Positions 11,700 to 24,059 of a DNA stretch of 64,000 bases are shown here, piece after piece (position 1 is the first letter of the stretch; each line of letters starts with the position of its first letter). The notes under the pieces were generated by a model. That model had not been told where the DNA came from, ran no database searches, and saw only the letters and a program-made list of their open reading frames with translations. A program made the position numbers and the translations under genes. Location: positions 37,832,464 through 37,896,463 of the forward strand of contig NC_043011.1 in assembly GCF_006345805.1 (NCBI RefSeq), written 5' to 3'. The stretch comes from Octopus sinensis (lineage: Eukaryota).

Positions 11700-12900
11700 T
11701 CTTATTTTTATCGTGTGTTCCATTGGGAATCTTAATAAGGTTGGACCTTGTCAAGGGATTTCGTTTTACTTGGATCAAAATCTCCAAACCGATTCTGAAC
11801 CAGTTCTCCTTCCGATATTTTTTTAATTTCTAGAAGCGAATCCGGACCTTCGACCTCAGCGCATGCAACCAACCACCAAATGTCTAATTCTGCTGGCACA
11901 TCTGATTTTTAACTTTCACTATCTGCCGTCCAATATATAAGGAAGGAGAACATCCTTGTGCTCGCACTAGACAATTGAGTGCTTTTATGGACCAGAGATT
12001 CTGTGAGAAACCGCACCTCCACAGAACTATATTTTCAACCTCGTGTGAGGAAGTCAATATCAGTTCAAATTCCCTTCAAGCATTTTCCTACTTGGATGTG
12101 TGACGCATTGAAAATTTTTCTCTTTTATAGCGAAGCACATCTGTAGACGATGGTCCTTCTCACCGTTTTCTCCGTCAAGGGTGAAAGGAAGCTTGGTTTT
12201 CCTATCCCCTTCTATTGAGTTTTTCTGCTTCACTCAGGTTTTCCTTCCAGAGGGATTTACTCCTGCAATTCTGTTAGTCCTGCAAAGGAGGATTTTTTTT
12301 TCTATTGTTACTGATATTGTTGGTGTTGACTATATCGTTTTTGCTGCTGATGCTATTCCTGTCCTCGTTAGTCGGAACCAAAGCGACGCTATTGTTTGTG
12401 GTGATGTTCATATCGTTGTCCGAAGTAGCCCTGCTAGTTGCTAACGGGGTGAAATCATTTATATTTATCTCTCCCGAAGGCGGCGAGCTGGCAGAAACGT
12501 TAGCACGCCGGGTGAAATGCGTAGCCGTATTTCGTCTGCCGTTACGTTCCGAGTTCAAATTCCGCCGAGGTCGACTTTGCCTTTCATCCTTTCGGGGTCG
12601 ATAAATCAAGTACCAGTTACGCACTGGTATCGATGTAATCGACTTAATACCTATGCTTGTCCTTGTTTGTCCCCTCTGTGTTTAGCCCCTTGTGGGTAAT
12701 AAAGAAATTTGTTGTTGTTCGTCTTTTTGTTTTCCTTGCTCCCTTGCCTTGTAGTCACGCCAAAAATGAGTGACGTCATCGTCACTCATTTTTGTGGAAA
12801 GATACTCCTCTGTCTCCCCCCCACTTTCTCATCGATGACTGAAACCCCCTCGAATCTATTGGTTGCTGCCACTGAGCAAACTTTCTAAAAATTTTTCCGT
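11700..12900 (-). mobile_element. Decayed L1/Tx1-type ORF1 remnant interrupted by a SINE
   Basis: Manual translation VRRTIVY...QVGKCLKGI*TDIDFLTRG*KYSSVEVRFLTESLVHKST...DVPAELDIWWLVAC aligns with the 18389 ORF (RKAITYG...EECLKEIKGITTFYTRGRNFGTVEVRFVNE...VSPEIHEAWLVAA). Confidence 0.7.
12478..12708 (+). mobile_element. SINE family A, near-consensus monomer
   Basis: ggcggcgagctggcagaaacgttagcacgccggg...gagttcaaattccgccgagg...cccctctgtgtttagccccttgtgggtaataaagaaat. Confidence 0.95.
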
Positions 12901-12925
12901 GTGAAAAATTGGAATAAATTGAATA

Positions 12926-13410
12926 GGCGCAGGAGTGGATGTGTGGTAAGTAGCTTGCTTACGAACTACATGATTCCAGGTTCAGTCCCACTGCGTGGCA
13001 CCATGGGCAAGTGTCTTCAATTATAGCTTTGGGCTGCCTAAATCCGTGTCAGTGGATCTGATAGACGCAAACTGAAAGAAACCCGTCGTATATATGTATA
13101 TGTACATACATAGGGAGAATTTACGAAAAAAACAAAAGACGAAGACAGGTGGTGTACAAAACAAACAGATTTATTAGTATAACGCTCAGGAATAGAAATG
13201 TGTGTGTGTCTGTGTTTGTCCCCCCAACATCGCTTGACAACCGATGCTGGTGTGTTTACGTCCCCGTAACTTAGCAGTTCGGTAAAAGGGACCGATAGAA
13301 TAAGTACTAGGCTTACAAAGAATAAGTCCTGTAGTCGATGTGCTCGACTAAAGGCGGTGCTCCAGCATGGCCACAGTCAAATGACTGAAACAAGTAAAAG
13401 AATCAGAAAG
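12926..13410 (+). mobile_element. SINE family B, full copy with internal microsatellite carrying a short insertion
   Basis: A-box-like tggatgtgtggt, B-box ggttcagtccc, central gggcaagtgtctt, internal (TA)n/(TG)n, 3' half ending aaatgactgaaacaagtaaaag. Confidence 0.9.
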
Positions 13411-13606
13411 AGTAAATCTGATAAGACGCCCCAAGAAAGAGGGGGCTTTTAACAAAATAAGAGGAACTCACTAGCTAAGAAGAATTCCTTATTTTCCACG
13501 GCTATACTCCGGAGATAAACTAACGATTTTCGTAAACAAAATATGGAGCTGAGGTCAAGCGTGGCTTCCTCGGTTGATGGCAGTGAGCTGGCAGAATTGT
13601 GGGTGT

Positions 13607-13718
13607 TGTAAAGCGGTCTTTTGCCAGTGTTGTACCTATCTTTTAACAACGGTTGTCGCTCTGACAGATATTGTTATATTCTGCAGTCGTCGATAGAATG
13701 GTTCTGTCTGACACTGTA
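13607..13718 (-). repeat. 3' LTR segment of the Gypsy element
   Basis: Ungapped 98/112 identity with 17158-17269; starts tgtaaagcgg on the + strand. Confidence 0.85.
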
Positions 13719-16700
13719 ACATGGTCACTCAGTGTGGTTTCGACTTCTTGTAACGGTGTTGGAACATGAAAAGTTTGACATAGCAAATCCATCGGGATTT
13801 CTACTCTTGTTGGTTCCTTTTCTTTGACTCTTTCGTTAAGCAGATTTCTATGCCTCCTTTCCATTCCATCTCTGCTTCTTACACCATACATCATTCTTCC
13901 CAAGTATGGTACAGTTTCTCTTTCTTCCCAATATTGCTTGCCATTTTTGTACCTTGTCACCGATTCTAAAGAATTTTGGCATATCTACTAACACGTATTT
14001 TTCTTCACTGATAAGAGTTTATCGAATACTGACTTCACCTTTCTGGCAAACATTGATTCTGCTGGTTAACATCCTTCTGGCGCATTTGGGTTCGGAGTTA
14101 TCCTGTATACCCTTAAGAATTGTAGTGTTACGACCTCGCTTCCTTATTAGCTTTCTTTAAAGCTCTCTTATAAATGTCCACCAACCGTTCGCCCCTTTCA
14201 TTCGATATTGGGTGATACGGTGCTATTATTTTATGTTCTAGCATGGAAATCTCGCAGAACCTTTTAAAACTCACAAGATCAGAGATATTTATATCCGGTA
14301 CACCAAATTTTGCTAACAGCTCGTGTAAAAAGTTTATTACCGTATGTTGGTCGTTTACATCTCGTCACTTCAGGCCATTTTGTGTAGCTGTCCACTACTA
14401 TTAAGTAATAATATCCATTTACCGAGCTTGCAAAATCGATATGCAATCGGGACCATGGTATTTCAAATCCGGCCAAGGTTCATATTTTGTTGTGGGTAGT
14501 TTGGCTGCCGGCGCATATCTTCTGCAGCCTTTTACCAAGTATTCAACTTCTTTGTCCATGCTTGGCCAATATACGAGACTCCGAATCAGCGCTTTCATTC
14601 TAGAGATGCCTGGGTGCCCCACATGGATCTCTTTTAGCATTCTCTTCTGTAACATCTGTGGTATAAACATCCCCTGTGCGTACATTAGTACACTATCACA
14701 TATAGAGTACACATTCACATCTTGGCGGTTCTTTGCATCAAACCCCTCTTTATTTCCTTTCGTTGACCACAGTTTTCTTTTTGTCTAACTAATAAATCCT
14801 TTCATTTCTCGCATTTCTTCTTATTTTTTTCCAAAGTTACTGGTAGTTCACGCACGATGACCCGCATCACTTTTTTTGTTTCTGCTTCCGCTCTTAGCAC
14901 TGCTATTACGGTGTCCTCCAGCGGTTCATTATTTCTAGAAATTAGCCTAGACAGACCATCGGCATGCCCCAACTTAAAACAAATTAAGGCGGATATTCTA
15001 TTCTATAATTGTAGTTTAATGGAATTGGGCTCACCCCACGCTTCAGTCTGTTTGCCGTATTTGCCGGGATTCCTTTCTTGGATCCGTATATCGTTATTAG
15101 AGGTCTAATGGTACGTTTGCAACCAAAAACGTCTGCCGTGAATAAACCAGTGAAATTATATTCACGCCAAATATAGTTGCCGACGCCTCTTTTTCAATCT
15201 GGCTATAGGTCTTTTCCACCGGCCTTAATGTCCTTGATATGTGAGCTACAGCTTTTCTCCTGCCCTCGTTATCCTTGTGTAGGTGCACGGCTCCTATAAA
15301 TACTCGATAGCATCTGTAGCTAGTATTACCTCTAAATTTGGGTCGATATGCATATTTTGAATCGTTAAATGCTTTCTGGCATTTCTCTATTCAAATCCAT
15401 TTGATACTGTTTTTTTTGATAATTCATTAAGTGGTGCCTTTATCTTAAGTATATTTGGTATATACGTTCGTCAGGGGCGGCATATTTCGTATTGCCGTCG
15501 CCCTTGATGGGTCCGGTCTGCGTTCACTTTCGTCGATTACTTGACTTAGCTATTTTATATTTTTCATAAAACATTCGCATTTTTCTTCTGACAGTTTTAG
15601 TCCGTATTCAATTATTCTCTCGAATACTTTCTTTGTGTTCGGCATGTTGCACCGGAGACTCGCTCATTATCAGAATATCATCTAGGTATGCGATGGCGAA
15701 ATCGCAATCACTTAATATCGCATCCTTTATTTGTTGGAATATGGCCGGTGTCATTCTTACTCCAAACGGCAGTCTTTGAACTTGTACAATCCACGGTGCG
15801 TGTTGACTGTTCGTAGTTGTGTGCAATCTTTCTCTAACTGAATTTGAAGGTACGCCTCTGAGAAGTCAAACTTCGAAAAAAATTTCCCTCCGTTTAGTTT
15901 AGCAAATAATTTTTCTGGGCATGGAATTGGATAATTGTGTGTGAGTACACAGTAGTTTAACCCGGCTGAGAGGTCTGCGTACACTCTCAGATTATTATTA
16001 TTTTACGTACACCGCGGGGTTGCCAAGTCTGAACGGTCAATCTTTTCAATTATATTCAAGCTTTCCAATCTTTCTAGTTCTTTATTGACCTGGTCTACCG
16101 CTGCAAATGGCGCGTTCCGTTTTGGCCTGAAAGTATGTGTTGTATTTTCTTTGACAGCAATCCTTGCTTTTCTTTTCATGCAACAGCCTAATCCTTCCGA
16201 AAAATCTTTTGGGAAAATTACTTTCATTTTTGTCTCAGTTCATCGACTTCGTTCGATCGTTTGACTCCTCCGTTTACGCTCTTGCACAAAGCGCTTAGAG
16301 GTGTATCCCATAAATTAAAATTCTCCACACATTCGGTGCCAAATAAATTCATGGATGTTTTCAACACATAAACCTTCAGTTTTTGGTTCGACCTTTGAAC
16401 ATTATATTACAAACGCTTTCTCCCGTGAAATATAATTTTCTTCCCGTAACACCGTACGTTATTTTGTTTGAACTAGATAATTTTAGTTTACCCATTCGTT
16501 CTTGAGTAAGCATATCTATCCTAAATATTTCACATTCTTTGTTGATTGCCTGTATGAGTAATGAAGTGCTCATCTTCGCTCTTTTCATCTAGTATAAAAC
16601 AGTGAGCTCTTTTCACTAAACAGTTTGCACAAAATATCAAAGGTGAACTTTATATCGGACGCTTTTGGGGGGCAATATGAAGTTACTATACTAATCATGC

Positions 16701-17142
16701 TCTGATGTTGTTAGTTTTCTCAAAACTAGACACGTTTTTATTCCAATCGTCGAATCCTGATATACTTTTTCAAAAATGTATTGAAATCTTCGAAGGTACG
16801 CCTCGAATGTTACTCCTTCGGGGTTAGATTTGAATCTACTGATGGAATTTGCTACATGGTCACGTGAAAATGTATTCTCTTGTTTGTTTATCAAATTCAT
16901 CAGTTGTAACATTTTCTGCTGCAATCATTGTTGTTCTCCTTGTTCTTTGAATTGTTGTTGCTGCTGCTTATGTACAGACGCATCTGTCCCAGCTAAGAAG
17001 TCTTCCTTATTCTACGATTTTCGTAAGTTTGCACGAGACTTTTGTTTCCTTTTTGTCGAGGCATTTAATTTCTCACGTGAATTACTTTAATCCCTCCCTG
17101 TGAATTTTATTTATTTTTTTCACTCCGCGTAAATTTGTTTTT

Positions 17143-17153
17143 CCTCGTCGCCA
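17143..17153 (-). other. Primer-binding site TGGCGACGAGG of the Gypsy element
   Basis: cctcgtcgcca lies 4 nt inside the 5' LTR end (...TTTACA agag TGGCGACGAGG on the minus strand), the usual Gypsy PBS form. Confidence 0.85.
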
Positions 17154-17157
17154 CTCT

Positions 17158-17269
17158 TGTAAAGCGGACTTTTGCCACTGTTGTATTTAGTTTTTGACAA
17201 CGGTTGTCGCTCTGACAGATATTATTATATTCCGAAGTCATCAATAGAATGTTTCTGTCTGGCACTGTA
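17158..17269 (-). repeat. 5' LTR segment of the Gypsy element (may extend to about 17406)
   Basis: Matches 13607-13718 at 87.5%; adjacent to the PBS. Confidence 0.85.
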
Positions 17270-17506
17270 CGACTCCCGGTCGTTCACTATTATTATCCTT
17301 AAAAGGCTGGGTCGTCATAACGTCCACTCGGTATCACAGTATAATTCCTATATCAGCACGGACACGACTATCAACACAGTCTACACGTACTCTCGACTTT
17401 CTTTACCTTTTCTCGGTTTTCTTTATTATAGGCATAAAGCCTGAATTTAGAACGGACACCACAAGGACAGACAACACAAAACGTGGGGTACATACAAACA
17501 ATTAAC

Positions 17507-17948
17507 GGATCTCTTCAGTTTCAACGGCAGTTTTTTTTTTTCTAGCGGTGTCATGAAATTATCACCCATAATTATGACCCTAAAATCGATCTATTGCATT
17601 TCAATCTCATTTAGGGTTAGGGTTAGTTAGGGTTGGTTAGGGTTAGGGGTGGGGGAAGGGTATCTTTTTTCTTCACAAATGTAAATAAACCCAATCTGTT
17701 TCTTAAACGAGGGGACATATTCATACTGCACAGAATGCTTTTTAACTCAATAGATGTCACTGATTCGTTGAAATTGCAGAAATTGAAGAAAAAAAAACAA
17801 CAAATATCTTACAAACTATAGAATTTTCTCAATAAAGCCAAGAGAAAAATAGATGTTTTATAAACACATTCTACCAGTATACGAAGTTTAAATTTTTTTA
17901 GTTACCTAGAAATTATGTTAAAAACTGCCGTTCAAACCGAAAAGATCC
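17507..17948. mobile_element. 442-bp MITE, 28-bp TIRs starting GG, 8-bp TSD (Merlin-like or hAT-like)
   Basis: TIRs ggatctcttcagtttcaacggcagtttt and aaaactgccgttcaaaccgaaaagatcc (25/28 complementary); TSD caattaac at 17499-17506 and 17949-17956. Confidence 0.9.
17611..17648 (+). repeat. Interstitial telomere-type TTAGGG repeats inside the MITE
   Basis: Five TTAGGG units separated by ttag/ttgg, followed by a G-rich run. Confidence 0.9.
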
Positions 17949-18388
17949 CAATTAACGAATGAATTATGAATTATGAAAATAATGAGAATGAAATGACTTT
18001 CCTACCACACAAAGTAGAAAGTTCCATTTTGCTGTTTTTAAATGAGTAATTAATTTTCCAGTTTGTATCGTATTCACACTGTAAACTTTATTAAATCCTC
18101 GAAATCTATTACTGATGACAATTCGTCATATCTAAACCGTAATGCTGTTATTTCTATCCTGTCTTCGAATATTTCTCACAAAATTCCTGCTCTATCATCT
18201 TCCAGTAACACTGCTTTCTCATTCCGTTTCCCCTTCTTTTCGGCCAGCATCCTTATAATGCCTTTCATCTTCGAAATTCTTTTCTCTATTTCCACGCTAT
18301 GCAACCATAACTCTTTCGTATCTACCCTTCGGTGGCTTTCTCGGCTCTATCACCTCACTCTCTGGCTCTGTGGTATTTCTATCTCTAT

Positions 18389-18925
18389 TTATTCCTCTTT
18401 CTCACTTTCTAGACTCTTCTTCCGTCTTTCCTCCTCCTTACTAGTTGAATGCTCTGGTCTTTGCGTTCGATCTCCCGTTGATACCACAATTTTTCTTTTT
18501 TCGTCCGTATTCCCCTCCACCTTTCTTTTCATTTTTTTTTGGTGGAGATTCGCAGTCTTCGACATTTTCAGGACTTTCACGTCTTCTTCTGTATTGTAGA
18601 GGATGGCTGCCACGAGCCATGCTTCGTGAATTTCGGGAGACACTCTCCCTATTGTTACTCTGTCCGCACGTTTGCCATAGTAAGTAGGTAACAGTGCCCA
18701 CTCCGCCGATTTCAAGGCTATGGTGGAGTATTTCTTAGCTTCGTTCTCATTTACGAAACGTACCTCCACCGTGCCGAAGTTTCGTCCTCTGGTGTAGAAC
18801 GTGGTTATTCCCTTTATCTCTTTTAAGCATTCCTCTACCGCTTCTACGGCTGCTATATCCACCTTCTTTTTTGCAACATTCAAAGTTCCATATGTGATGG
18901 CTTTCCTTTCTGTGTTCTCAGTCAC
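18389..18925 (-). pseudogene. L1/Tx1-type ORF1 protein fragment (RRM-like), 178 aa
   Basis: ORF track; homologous to the decayed ORF1 at 11700-12250. Confidence 0.7.
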
Positions 18926-19321
18926 TTCATTCGGGGGTGTCAGCCTTAGACATCCACCCCTCCTCCTTCAACAAGGTGTTATACTTTTTAAAGTCTCTCT
19001 CTTTGACTTCCAATTCACGTATCCGCTGTAGCTCCGCTGACAGACTTTTGCCCGTCACCGCAGCATAACTGCCTCTTTGTAATTCTGTATTCATAATCAC
19101 GTTAATCTTCCGCTTCACCCATAAATGGGGAAGACAAATACATTTTTTTAACAAACTCAAATAAGTACAAATTCAAACAATCAAAATATTCAGCAATTCA
19201 GTAATTCAACAATTGCGTAATTCAAATTAACAAAACAATTACTCATATAGGAGCGAAATCAAGCACAATAACACCGGTAAAGACTTCAGTTTTCTCGGCC
19301 CAGAGACCCTTTTTATCTTTT

Positions 19322-19600
19322 CTCGGCTGAATTTGAACTCAGAACGTAACGGCACACGAAATACCTATTTCTTTACTATCCACAAGGCGCTAAACACAGA
19401 GGGGACAAACAAGGACAGACAAACGGATTAAGTCGATTACATCTACCCCAGTGCGTAACTGGTACTTAATTTATCGAACCCGAAAGGATGAAAGGCAATG
19501 GCGTCCTCGGCGGAATTTGAACTCAGAACGTAGCGGCAGACGAAATACGGCTACGCATTTCGCCCGGCGTGCTAATGTTTCTTCCAGCTCACCGCCTTTC
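19322..19600 (-). mobile_element. SINE family A, dimeric
   Basis: Head at about 19595, junction gaaatacctatttctttact at about 19360. Confidence 0.9.
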
Positions 19601-19694
19601 CCTTCTTTACATTTTCTCTCCTGTCGACAGGCTACTGGTCTATTCATAACGGCTGGCTACTACCAATTTTTTTTTACCGGGAGGAGTGTACAGT

Positions 19695-19905
19695 TTCCCT
19701 ATACAACTGTTAGCACGCCGGGCAAAATACTTAGCGGCATTTCATTCCACTTCGCATTCTGAGTTCAAATTCCACCAAGGTTCATTTTGCCTTTCATTCT
19801 CTCGAGGTTAACAAAAATAAGTACCAGTCGAGTACTGGGATTGATGTAATCTACTTTTCCCTTCCCCCGAAATAAGTGGACTTGGACCAAAATTTGAAAC
19901 CACTA
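19695..19905 (+). mobile_element. SINE family A, diverged, alternative tail followed by (ATT)n
   Basis: gttagcacgccgggc...gagttcaaattccacc...caaaatttgaaaccactattatt. Confidence 0.8.
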
Positions 19906-19926
19906 TTATTATTGTTATTATTATTA

Positions 19927-19971
<45 letters not shown>

Positions 19972-19984
19972 TTATTATTATTAT

Positions 19985-20365
19985 TGAGTGAGAGAGCAGT
20001 GCATGCCATCCAATTGAGACTGGGATAAAATATAAGAAGACCACTATACCCATCATAACTATCAATCTGATAATGGTACACTAGGCACATGTATCACAAC
20101 CACATGTGCGCGACATGGTGATCTCATATCAAGATAAATAGCACATGACATTGCAGGTGGGCCCCACTTAGAATTTTCTTCTGGTCTAGTAACCCATCCC
20201 ACTCAAAAGGTCCCTGAATAAGAGTTGTTTAAGGATCTTGAACGAAACACCCATGTTTCCAAACATCCATGTATTCAAACCGAAAACAATCCCTCTCAAC
20301 ACATGGCTATGATGCTCCCTCACTACTTCTGCCCATGATCAGGGATGAACCTATCGTCAGCCACT
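19985..20365 (-). mobile_element. 3' region of the unclassified retroposon family also seen at 11468
   Basis: Shared terminal ~130 bp, abutting an (ATT)n tract. Confidence 0.6.
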
Positions 20366-20567
20366 ATCTTTATCTTTATCTTAATCTAGTTTTAGCTCAC
20401 GAGCTGTGGCCATCCTGGGGCACCACCGTTTGGGACATTCTCAACCGCTTAAGGTCAAACAACTGACAAGCAAATCTGTGGTATTGAGCAAAATATTTGC
20501 TGTAGACCATCTTTTATAGCAAGACAAGACAATGCACATGATAACACTTCCAATCAGTTAAGATCAG

Positions 20568-20630
<63 letters not shown>

Positions 20631-20659
20631 GAATGTTATTATTGTTATTATTACGGTGA

Positions 20660-20865
20660 ACTATCAGAACCATTCGCACGCTGAGTAAAATTCTTAGCGT
20701 CATTTCGCCAGTCTTGACTTTGTGTGTTCTAATTTCGTCGAGGTCCGCTTTCCCTTTCATCATTTTAGGATCGATAAAATAAGTTCTAGTTAGGCACACG
20801 GTTCGATGTAACCGACTTTCCTCCTCCCTCGCAAAATTGCTGACTTTCAGCCAAAATTTGAAAAA
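20660..20865 (+). mobile_element. SINE family A, old diverged copy
   Basis: gtcgaggtccgctttccctttcatcattttaggatcgataaaataag body, caaaatttgaaa tail, (ATT)n. Confidence 0.7.
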
Positions 20866-20905
20866 ACTATTATTATTATTATTGGCGTTGTTGTTGTTGT
20901 TGTTG

Positions 20906-20948
<43 letters not shown>

Positions 20949-20965
20949 CATTGTTATTATCATTG

Positions 20966-21000
<35 letters not shown>

Positions 21001-21210
21001 AAGTAGTTTCTTTGCATATATAAATTTATCAAGACGTTAAAATAAAGTGAATGAAATATGAAATACTATTAAAATATATCAGAATTATTTCTCCTAATCA
21101 ATATAGAATTAATAGGCTAAATAATTTTTATTCGGAAATAAAATCTCATTCGGGGGGCAAAAGTTTTGCAAAACGAAGCTATAAATTCCAATAAAACACG
21201 CATACACACT

Positions 21211-21243
<33 letters not shown>

Positions 21244-23422
21244 CCTCACACATACGGAAACACAATCGAACACAGACACATACACACATTGGCATAAACA
21301 TGAACATGCCCACATACACATGGCTCAACAAACACATGCACACATAATCACACACACAGAGACACACACACAAACATACACACAAAGAGGATATTCTCAA
21401 CACCAGTATGAAAATCGTCATTATTATTATTACTATTATTGCTGTTATTGTTAGGATATTGTCGTAGTTGTTGTTATTGCTGCTGTTGTTGTTGATGCTG
21501 CTGCTGCTGTTGTTGTTATCGTCGGTAATGTTCTTATTGTTGTTATTAGTATTATTGATAATGTTATGGCGAGAAAAATAAATACCAAAAAACACAGAAG
21601 GAAGCCAAACTGACATTTCCAATATAATTTTGTTTAAGTAATGAATAATTCTCGAAATTATATGAATTTATTTTTTTAATGTATTTATATATTCAGACAT
21701 CTCATAAATGAGCTAAGTTATCAAAATCTGTTCCAACTGGTGCAAAAGCAGAGCAATTATGCCACTGTATTCCATAGTATTTAAATTATGCAGGATGTAA
21801 TATAGAATATTGCAATAAAATTGACGTAAGAGGAGAAGATAGAAATTGTATACGATATAATATACAAAATATTTCAAAATGAAAGTTAGAATTAGCAATT
21901 ACATCTCCCACCTTTCAAATCACGCCATATTATTTTAAAACAAGGTGGAACAGCATTTTGATTGAACACTAATTAGCATTATACTCACAGGTCTCGGAGG
22001 GTTTATAAATATATTAGGCATAGCCCTTTCCTCCTGACGCAGCAGGAAAATGTTGAAATTATATACCAAAGTTCTCATTAATAGAACCAAGGTTCGCAAA
22101 ATCTTAAGCAATGCCCCTTCCTAAAGGTTCAACAATCTAAATTAAATCTTTTGATGTACATACCATTAAGTTCTTAGACAACCGTAATGGTTTGGGTTCG
22201 TATTAGTTATGACTTTTATCATACTGTTGATTATGTTATGTTTGCCATAGTGTTAAAAAACAACAATACCACATAACATTACTGGATAGTAGGCCCAAGG
22301 CTTTGTTAATCATGCTAAATATAACAGCTATGTACCTCATACTTTAATTCACAACTAATCATCTTAAAAAAAATAGGAATGATGGACGACACATATGTAA
22401 CTCTAGTCCTAGATACAAAATGATTCAGCAATATGAAGTGGTTACATTTGTAATAGATTTTAGCATTATGTTTGTTCTGCGCTTGAGCTGGAGCAAACAA
22501 AAAGTAACAATGTTGATGGCGATGACGAGTCCAAAGTACAGGAATCCTATGCAAACCCACTCTGATAATATCCCTCCACAAACGCGTAAAGCATAGGAAA
22601 TTACTGCTTTTGTTTTTGCCTCGTATTGTTTAGGCTTTTGGCGACTCTGAAAGTGTAGGGTCACAGCCATATTTCAAATCAAAGAGGAGAAATACGAAAA
22701 GAATACCTGCAGACTCTCACTCGGAAGTAGTCACGCTTTCGCCAATTCAATGCGCTATGTAACTAGTTTATATCGCGTTGCTCACATGTAACTATCATCC
22801 ATCTTTCTTTTTCTCACGTGACCATCTTTCTTTTCCTGCACGGGCGTTTTTTTTTCTCTTTCTCTCTCTTCTATCGTTTCTCTTTTCAAAAAATGTTTCT
22901 GCCAGCGTTCAATATTTCCCCTTCGTTCTTGTCTAATGACCCTCCATGTTTCTTTACGTTCGGTTTCCTTGTATGTCTCAACTGTTCCCAACTTTGGCCA
23001 GTCATAAAACCTGAATTTTATTTCAGAATTTATAGGAGCAACTGTCTTTGAAAACTAATATTGTCGTTGAATGATCAAAATGAGGAGTAATGAGACAGCC
23101 AACAACTGATGAACAACTGATTTTTCACCCCAAATAGGACTTAACCGAACATTGCTGATTCAAAAACATATTTATACTTTTAAAGTTGATTTTCATACCC
23201 AACCCAGTTCTACAGAATCAGTGTCACGACGGGCGCGCATGAGTTGGGAGTTTGATCGGCAGAGGTGATCAGTTTGCAAATGCCAACCCTTTTGAAAACA
23301 CCACCCCCATAATGTAAACCCACTTTGCCCATGGGTTGAGAACCCTTCCAGCAAGGAAAATAGAACGCCCAAAAGGGCCTCCGATCCTTGTGAGAAGCGG
23401 TTATGCTCAGATCACAACGAAG

Positions 23423-23476
<54 letters not shown>

Positions 23477-23699
23477 GCAAGACACGCACACACACTAACA
23501 TATACGTACATACACCTATCGCATACACGTTTTTGCATGCCTTTGCCCACGCCACTGTCCCACCACAACCTCCTACATGAGTAATACCATTATTTGAAGC
23601 AAATTTAGCTTTGTAAGAGGAATAGAGGGGCCTACCTTCTCCTGCATAGATGTGCGAGTCAGATCTCTCCTTTCGAGAACATGAACAGTTTCGAAACAT

Positions 23700-23890
23700 T
23701 GTTAACAAAATAATAGCTGATCGTTTGCGAAGGAGCGTGTCTACAGTCAACACGTAGGTCTTTTGCTCTGGTAACCTCTGATCTCTCCCATGTTCACGCA
23801 CGACCAGCTATATATCGCTATGAGTAGAGCAACGGATTCAGCTAATTTGGAAAGTAGTTGTGGAGAAACGGTGAATATCGTTTATATTGT
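23700..23890 (+). mobile_element. Helitron PIF1-like helicase C-terminal remnant
   Basis: QHVGLLL..P MFTHDQLYIAMSRA...TVNIVY matches the Helitron/PIF1 motif (VGLDL..PVFSHGQLYVA.SR...T.NVVY). Confidence 0.7.
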
Positions 23891-24059
23891 GTGTGTGTAT
23901 ATATGTATATACGGGCAACACACACACATTGCATACATGTGTTTTGTACGCATACATGCTCGTGTGTGTGTGTGACTGAAGCCATTCACACATACATACA
24001 TACATGGTGGCTGCCCCCTCGTTATCGAGTATGGCCATTGCACGAAGCTTAATCAATGT

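Larger units (their letters stand above)
13607..17269 (-). mobile_element. Ty3/Gypsy LTR retrotransposon (Mag-like), decayed, gag-PR-RT-RNH-INT
   Basis: gag PEGVTFEAYLRRF...LRKL (16691-16924); RT FSKFDFSEAYLQIQL, LPFGV..PAIFQQ, AYLDDILI; RNase H YSQIEKEA; integrase HVGHPGISRMKALIRSLVYWPSMDKEV...PWSRLHIDF...YLIVVDSYTKWPEV; 112-bp terminal repeats ending CTTTACA on the minus strand; many frameshifts. Confidence 0.95.
17417..19289 (-). mobile_element. ORF1-only L1-derived element (HAL1-like), interrupted by a MITE
   Basis: 5' UTR about 19160-19289; ORF1 pieces 18927-19160, 18389-18925 (RRM-like: GTVEVRF, LPTYYGKRADRVTIGRVSPE) and C-terminus to about 18050; then only about 190 nt (MITE removed) to a tail ending tataataaagaaaa; candidate TSD ttttctcgg at 17408-17416 and 19290-19298. 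Confidence 0.7.

Noticed and set aside
12926-13005. Functional tRNA gene at the SINE heads
   Set aside because: A and B boxes are present but there is no complete cloverleaf; they are SINE promoters.
17611-17648. True telomere or chromosome-fusion scar
   Set aside because: Only five units, single orientation, and enclosed within a TIR/TSD-defined MITE.
18063-18599. 178-aa plus-strand ORF
   Set aside because: Antisense shadow of the half-L1 ORF1 C-terminus.
22150-22720. Hydrophobic, vaguely GPCR-like reading fragments
   Set aside because: Stops in all frames and no diagnostic motif; unsupported.
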